From positions 1 through 64,000 of the forward strand of contig JAVKOQ020000046.1 of the NCBI GenBank assembly GCA_031835245.2: DNA of 64,000 bases, read 5' to 3'. The stretch is from Balamuthia mandrillaris. Taxonomy: Eukaryota. Position numbers and translations under genes: made by a program. The number at the start of each line of letters is the position of its first letter. The stretch's first letter is position 1. Below the pieces are notes generated by a model. It was not told where the DNA came from. It did not search any database and saw nothing but the letters and a program-made list of their open reading frames with translations. Shown in pieces: positions 60,108 through 64,000 of this stretch.

Positions 60108-60305
60108 TAAAGAATTGTTTGGCATTTCATAAAGACCTTCTCGTTGAGAGAGAGAGAAAGAGAAAGAGAGAGCCAGCAAGACAAGAGAGATGGACCGTGG
60201 GAGCTATCGTGCTGGAGCATTACTGGGAGCAACAACCAAGACAAAAGAATTAAAAAGTTTGCTGAAGAAGAAAGGAATCAGCAAGGAGAAGAGAGCCAAC
60301 AACGA

Positions 60306-60470
60306 ATGCAGCAGGTTAAGTTGGTTGTGCTGGGGCAAAAGGACGCTCACAAGGATACTGTCACCCTTCACTACATATGTGGCCCTTCCCTCACATGCTA
60401 TGACCCACAAGTTGGTTTATCCTGTTGGTCTTTCAGCATGCGATGCTTTACTGTCAACTCACGCTCCGTC

Positions 60471-60514
<44 letters not shown>

Positions 60515-60835
60515 CAGCAATAGGCAGTTATTGGAAGGACGTGATGGTAGAGGGCGTGCCCGTTCGAGTCGAGATCGTTGACACAACAGCAATAGAAGAA
60601 TTCTCAGCCATGAGGGACCTTTACATCAAAAATGCAGACTGGCTGGTTCTTCGTAACCGCTCGTAGCAGTTGCCAGGAAGAAGGGCAGAAGCTGGCCGCC
60701 CAGTGGAAGGCTGCCTTCTTCGAGGTATCATGCGAGAACGTGGATGAGGCCTTTGCTGAGCTGTTGCGTCGTGTGGCCACGAGCAAGCAGGCGAAACGCC
60801 GCAAGCGCGGAGAAAAGCGGTGCCTGATGTGCTGA
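60306..60835 (+). pseudogene. Degenerate tandem copy of the Rap-like gene
   Basis: Same layout starting 900 nt downstream. About 50 codons between KNAD and EEGQKLAAQW are replaced by 37 nt containing an in-frame TAG and a frameshift. Confidence 0.7.
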
Positions 60836-61127
60836 CTGTAACGCTTCCTCCAGGTTTTGCCACATCAGGGGTCAGGGAGCTGCTCTCTCCCCGTGCTCCC
60901 TCCCCGAAAAACGTGCCACGTTTTATCGAGAGACTATATAGTTACCGGTATGAATCTGGAGACGAAAACGTTGTTGCAATATAGCTCTCAGTGCTGATGC
61001 CCCAGATTCACTTCTCCAAAGATCAATACCGGTAACTCTATAGTCTCTCTTCCTAGGAAACCAAAGAAAAATAATTATATAAAAACAGAGAAGAAAGCAA
61101 AAGACCGTTACACACCAACGCACTGCC

Positions 61128-62702
61128 ATGGCTTTGACGGAGGTCTCTCTCCCTCTCTTTCCTTGCGTTATCGTTGTTTCTTTTTTAAAACAAAAGGTTT
61201 TACTCACCGGTGGAGAAAACCGAACAGAGCAAAGCGTTATGGCCGGAGGAAGTGGTCAGCAAGACGTGGGACGTGTCCGTTCTGGAGAGCGAGCTGGTGG
61301 AGCTTTCCACGCTGCTGGCCCTCCTGTCCCACAAAACGGTGCCGCAGCTGCGGGCCTTGTACGGCACCACCGACTGGAAGACCAAGTACCCGGCCTTCAA
61401 GCTGGGTCGCAACAAAAGAGAGCTGGTTCGTTTGTTTTTTTTTTCTTTCCTTCCTTCTTTCCTCGTTTCTTTGAACACTCTCATAAGAACCGTTCTAGTT
61501 GACTCTCTTGTTGTTGTTGTTTTAAACGATATAGTTGGATAACGTGAAAGAATGTTACCTAAGCCATACCGCTGAAGTCCTTAGCCTCCTCAAACCGAAA
61601 CCAAAGCTCGTCGGGTTGTTCGAGTTGGTTCATTCCCTCGCTCTTTGCTTTGTTGCGTTTGGTTTTGTTTCGTTGACGAATAACTTGTTCTCTCAACCAC
61701 AATAAGTGCTCTGAAAAACAGATCAGAGCTGGCCAACCGAGCTTCCACCGTCACCATCACCAGAAAGAATGGAGACACTCATGCCATTCTTGTTCAGAGA
61801 GTCATTGCTCTTATTTCCTCACCTGAAACGCCCACCTCCACCTCTTCTTCTTCTTCCTCCTCCTCCTCAGCAGCAGGTGCTGCCACTGGCTTGGAAGAAT
61901 GCAAGAAGGAGGAGGAGAAGCAACCAAAAAGCGGAAAGAGAAAACGAAAGGATGAGGGAGAAGAACAGCAAGCGGTCAAGGAAGAAAACCAAAAGAAGAA
62001 GAGAGATAACAACAAGAAGGAAAAGAAGGACGTCAAGAAACAGAAACCGGAAAAGAAGGCCACCACGAACAAAAAGGAAGAACGGGAGATGGCGCCGAAG
62101 AAACAGGAAGAGAAGAAAAAGGAAGGAGAAGGAAAAGAGAAGGAAAAGGAGAAAGAGAAGGAAAAAGAACAGGAAAAGGGAGCCGAAGCCTTAACAGCTG
62201 CCACAAACAATATCAATCCTGCCATGTCTCTGCCGACCGAAACCTCCAACACCATTGCTCCTTCCACTCCCTCAACTGCTGTTCTTGCTGATATACATTC
62301 TCCCGCAGAACTCCCTAGCAACATTCAGTTTCGTCGTCAAGCACCGGCTGCTCTCGCTCGGGAGAGCGAACAAAGAGAGTACGTTTGTTTTCTGAAAGTG
62401 TTTCTGTTCTGTTAAAAGCTGTTCATCTCCGTATGTTACTCATCCTTTTGACGTTTCCTTTCAGAGGTGGCCTCTTGGTTCATCAGCAAAGAGTCTCAGC
62501 ACTCATCCAAAAAAACAAAAGGATTCAACAAGAGGCGGTGAGCGCCCAATGCGCAAACGATATCCGCAGCCTTATGGAAACCCTGGAGGCAGAGTTTCTG
62601 GAACCTTGGACAGCGCGACGAGTGTTCATTGAACCTGCTGACCTGGCTCTTGTGTTAGAGAGGTACTTGCAAGCTGCCCGAATGTACAATAATTCAAAAT
62701 AA
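61128..62702 (+). CDS. Hypothetical protein with K/E-rich central region (multi-exon)
   Basis: MALTE|SKALWPEEVVSKTWDVSVLESEL.. joined via GT-AG introns to ORFs 61891-62415 and 62385-62702. Confidence 0.55.
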
Positions 62703-62736
62703 CAGTCATCTATGAGCTTTAACCATTCTTGTTTGT

Positions 62737-63830
62737 TCATTGGTTTCGTTGCTGAAGATGTTGTTTTGGTGTGTCCTCTCTACGAACCCATTCTGTCCAG
62801 GAGCCGTCATAAACAGACACATTCTCTTCCTTGCCTAACAAATAGAGCGCCAGCGCTTCGACACACGCGGTTACACCTTTTATTGCAACAAGAAGGATTA
62901 ACAAAGAGTGAGTGAAAAAAAAAAGATAACAAGAAAAGCATCTCGTACCACTTCCGCAGCTGCAAACGATATCTTTGCTCAAGTCTATTCCTCTCTTTTC
63001 AAATTCAACTTTCAGCTCGGAAGAATCTTTCAAATAGAGGATGGTCCCTCCTTCAGAAGTTGCTGTTAAAGACAGAAAAAAAGTGAGTCAACTTTGTTGA
63101 TTGGTAATACATTCAGGGTGACTGACTTGAGGGAGTGAAAAGAGCCAACATCGGAAGGGAAACACTGCCTGGGATAGACCCGCTAGGTACATTACGATAG
63201 GCTGGCTGTTGTAATTTTAGTTTTAGTTTTAGTTTTTTTTGAAGGAATGCTCCCTCAGATATTGGAGGAACTGAAGAAGAAGAAGAAGAAGAAGAAGAAG
63301 AAGAAGAAGAAGAAGAAGAAGAAGAAGAAGAAGAAGAAGAAGAACAAGAATAAGAAGAAGAAGAACAAGAAGAAGAAGAAGAAGAAAGAAGAACAAGAAG
63401 AAGAACAAGAAGAAGAACCAGAAGAAGAAGCAGAAGAAGGGAAACCGTACTTCATCTCCTCTTCCGTAGAATCTTTCTTCTTCTCTGGCATCCAGCACTT
63501 GGACGTCGTCTTTGTTCGTCAACAAGGTTAGCATCTGCTCAGCACTACGCACCAACTCAGGACGAAAGGTTGCTTTGTATTTGCCCTATTTTTTCATCAA
63601 CAGAACGTGATGAGTTGAACAACAGAGGTAAAAAAGAAAACAAAAAACTTTCAAGCACAACGGCAAAGCATTACTGAGTTGGAAGCAGAAGAGGAACGAG
63701 CGGGAACGGAAGTAATGTTCTTCGGCCAGTTCTGGAAGCCTCCCTCCAGGATGGACACCTTCTCGTGGCCAAAGATGTAAAAATTCCACCAAACCCTAGC
63801 CGATGCCACCAAGCCTACACCACCATAACA
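62737..63830 (-). CDS. 3-mercaptopyruvate/thiosulfate sulfurtransferase (rhodanese), 5' part outside window
   Basis: ASARVWWNFYIFGHEKVSILEGG, QVLDAR..RFYG, active-site loop CSCGS|GVTAC, VSVYDGSWTEW. Confidence 0.92.
63273..63439 (+). repeat. Intronic (GAA)n microsatellite
   Basis: More than 20 perfect GAA units plus a degenerate tail within a rhodanese intron. Confidence 0.95.
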
Positions 63831-64000
63831 CGGTCGCGGTTTAACGCAAGTGTGAAGAAAGAAGGACGGGAGAACAGGAGCAGGAGAGAAGGGAGAGGAA
63901 AAAAAGAGCAGCCAGGAAGAGATGATAGAAGAGAGCAGTGAGAAAGAGAGAAGAGAAAACGAGAGAACGAGAACAAAAGAAGAAAAGAATGAAGCGTATA

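Noticed and set aside
63229..63555. Poly-K / poly-L / poly-F ORFs
   Set aside because: Translations of an intronic (GAA)n microsatellite in the rhodanese gene.
1..64000. Transposons, integrated viral genes, rRNA
   Set aside because: No transposase, reverse transcriptase, integrase, capsid, terminal repeats or rRNA-like sequence recognised.

Overview
Gene-dense eukaryotic genomic DNA with short GT-AG introns (about 60-230 nt) that are often filled with (CT)n/(TTC)n microsatellites. The gene content (I-BAR-SH3, LISK-like TKL kinase, RasGEF, deiodinase) suggests a free-living amoebozoan such as Balamuthia or Acanthamoeba; that assignment is inference. I can reconstruct about 28 protein genes, one tRNA-Ser(AGA) and one SECIS element. 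Most genes are housekeeping (eIF5B, RPB12, TFIIE-beta, NRDE2, CEPT, MFS, CPA2 antiporter, rhodanese). The standout is a 9-exon gene at 22926-29185 encoding a Schlafen/AlbA_2 nuclease domain + NB-ARC STAND ATPase + TPR array + C-terminal TM helix. This is an NLR-like candidate immune receptor with an apparently intact tRNase-type effector, paralleling SAMD9 and bacterial Avs. Second is a MacroD-type ADP-ribosylhydrolase spliced in frame to five G-actin-binding RPEL repeats (46107-49000). Also notable are a type II SECIS behind an iodothyronine deiodinase, a Rap-like GTPase with degenerate nucleotide-binding motifs plus its decayed tandem copy, a single-pass GPS/GAIN-like surface protein and a RING-TRAF-SPRY ligase. 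All exon structures and family calls were made by eye; no database searches were run.
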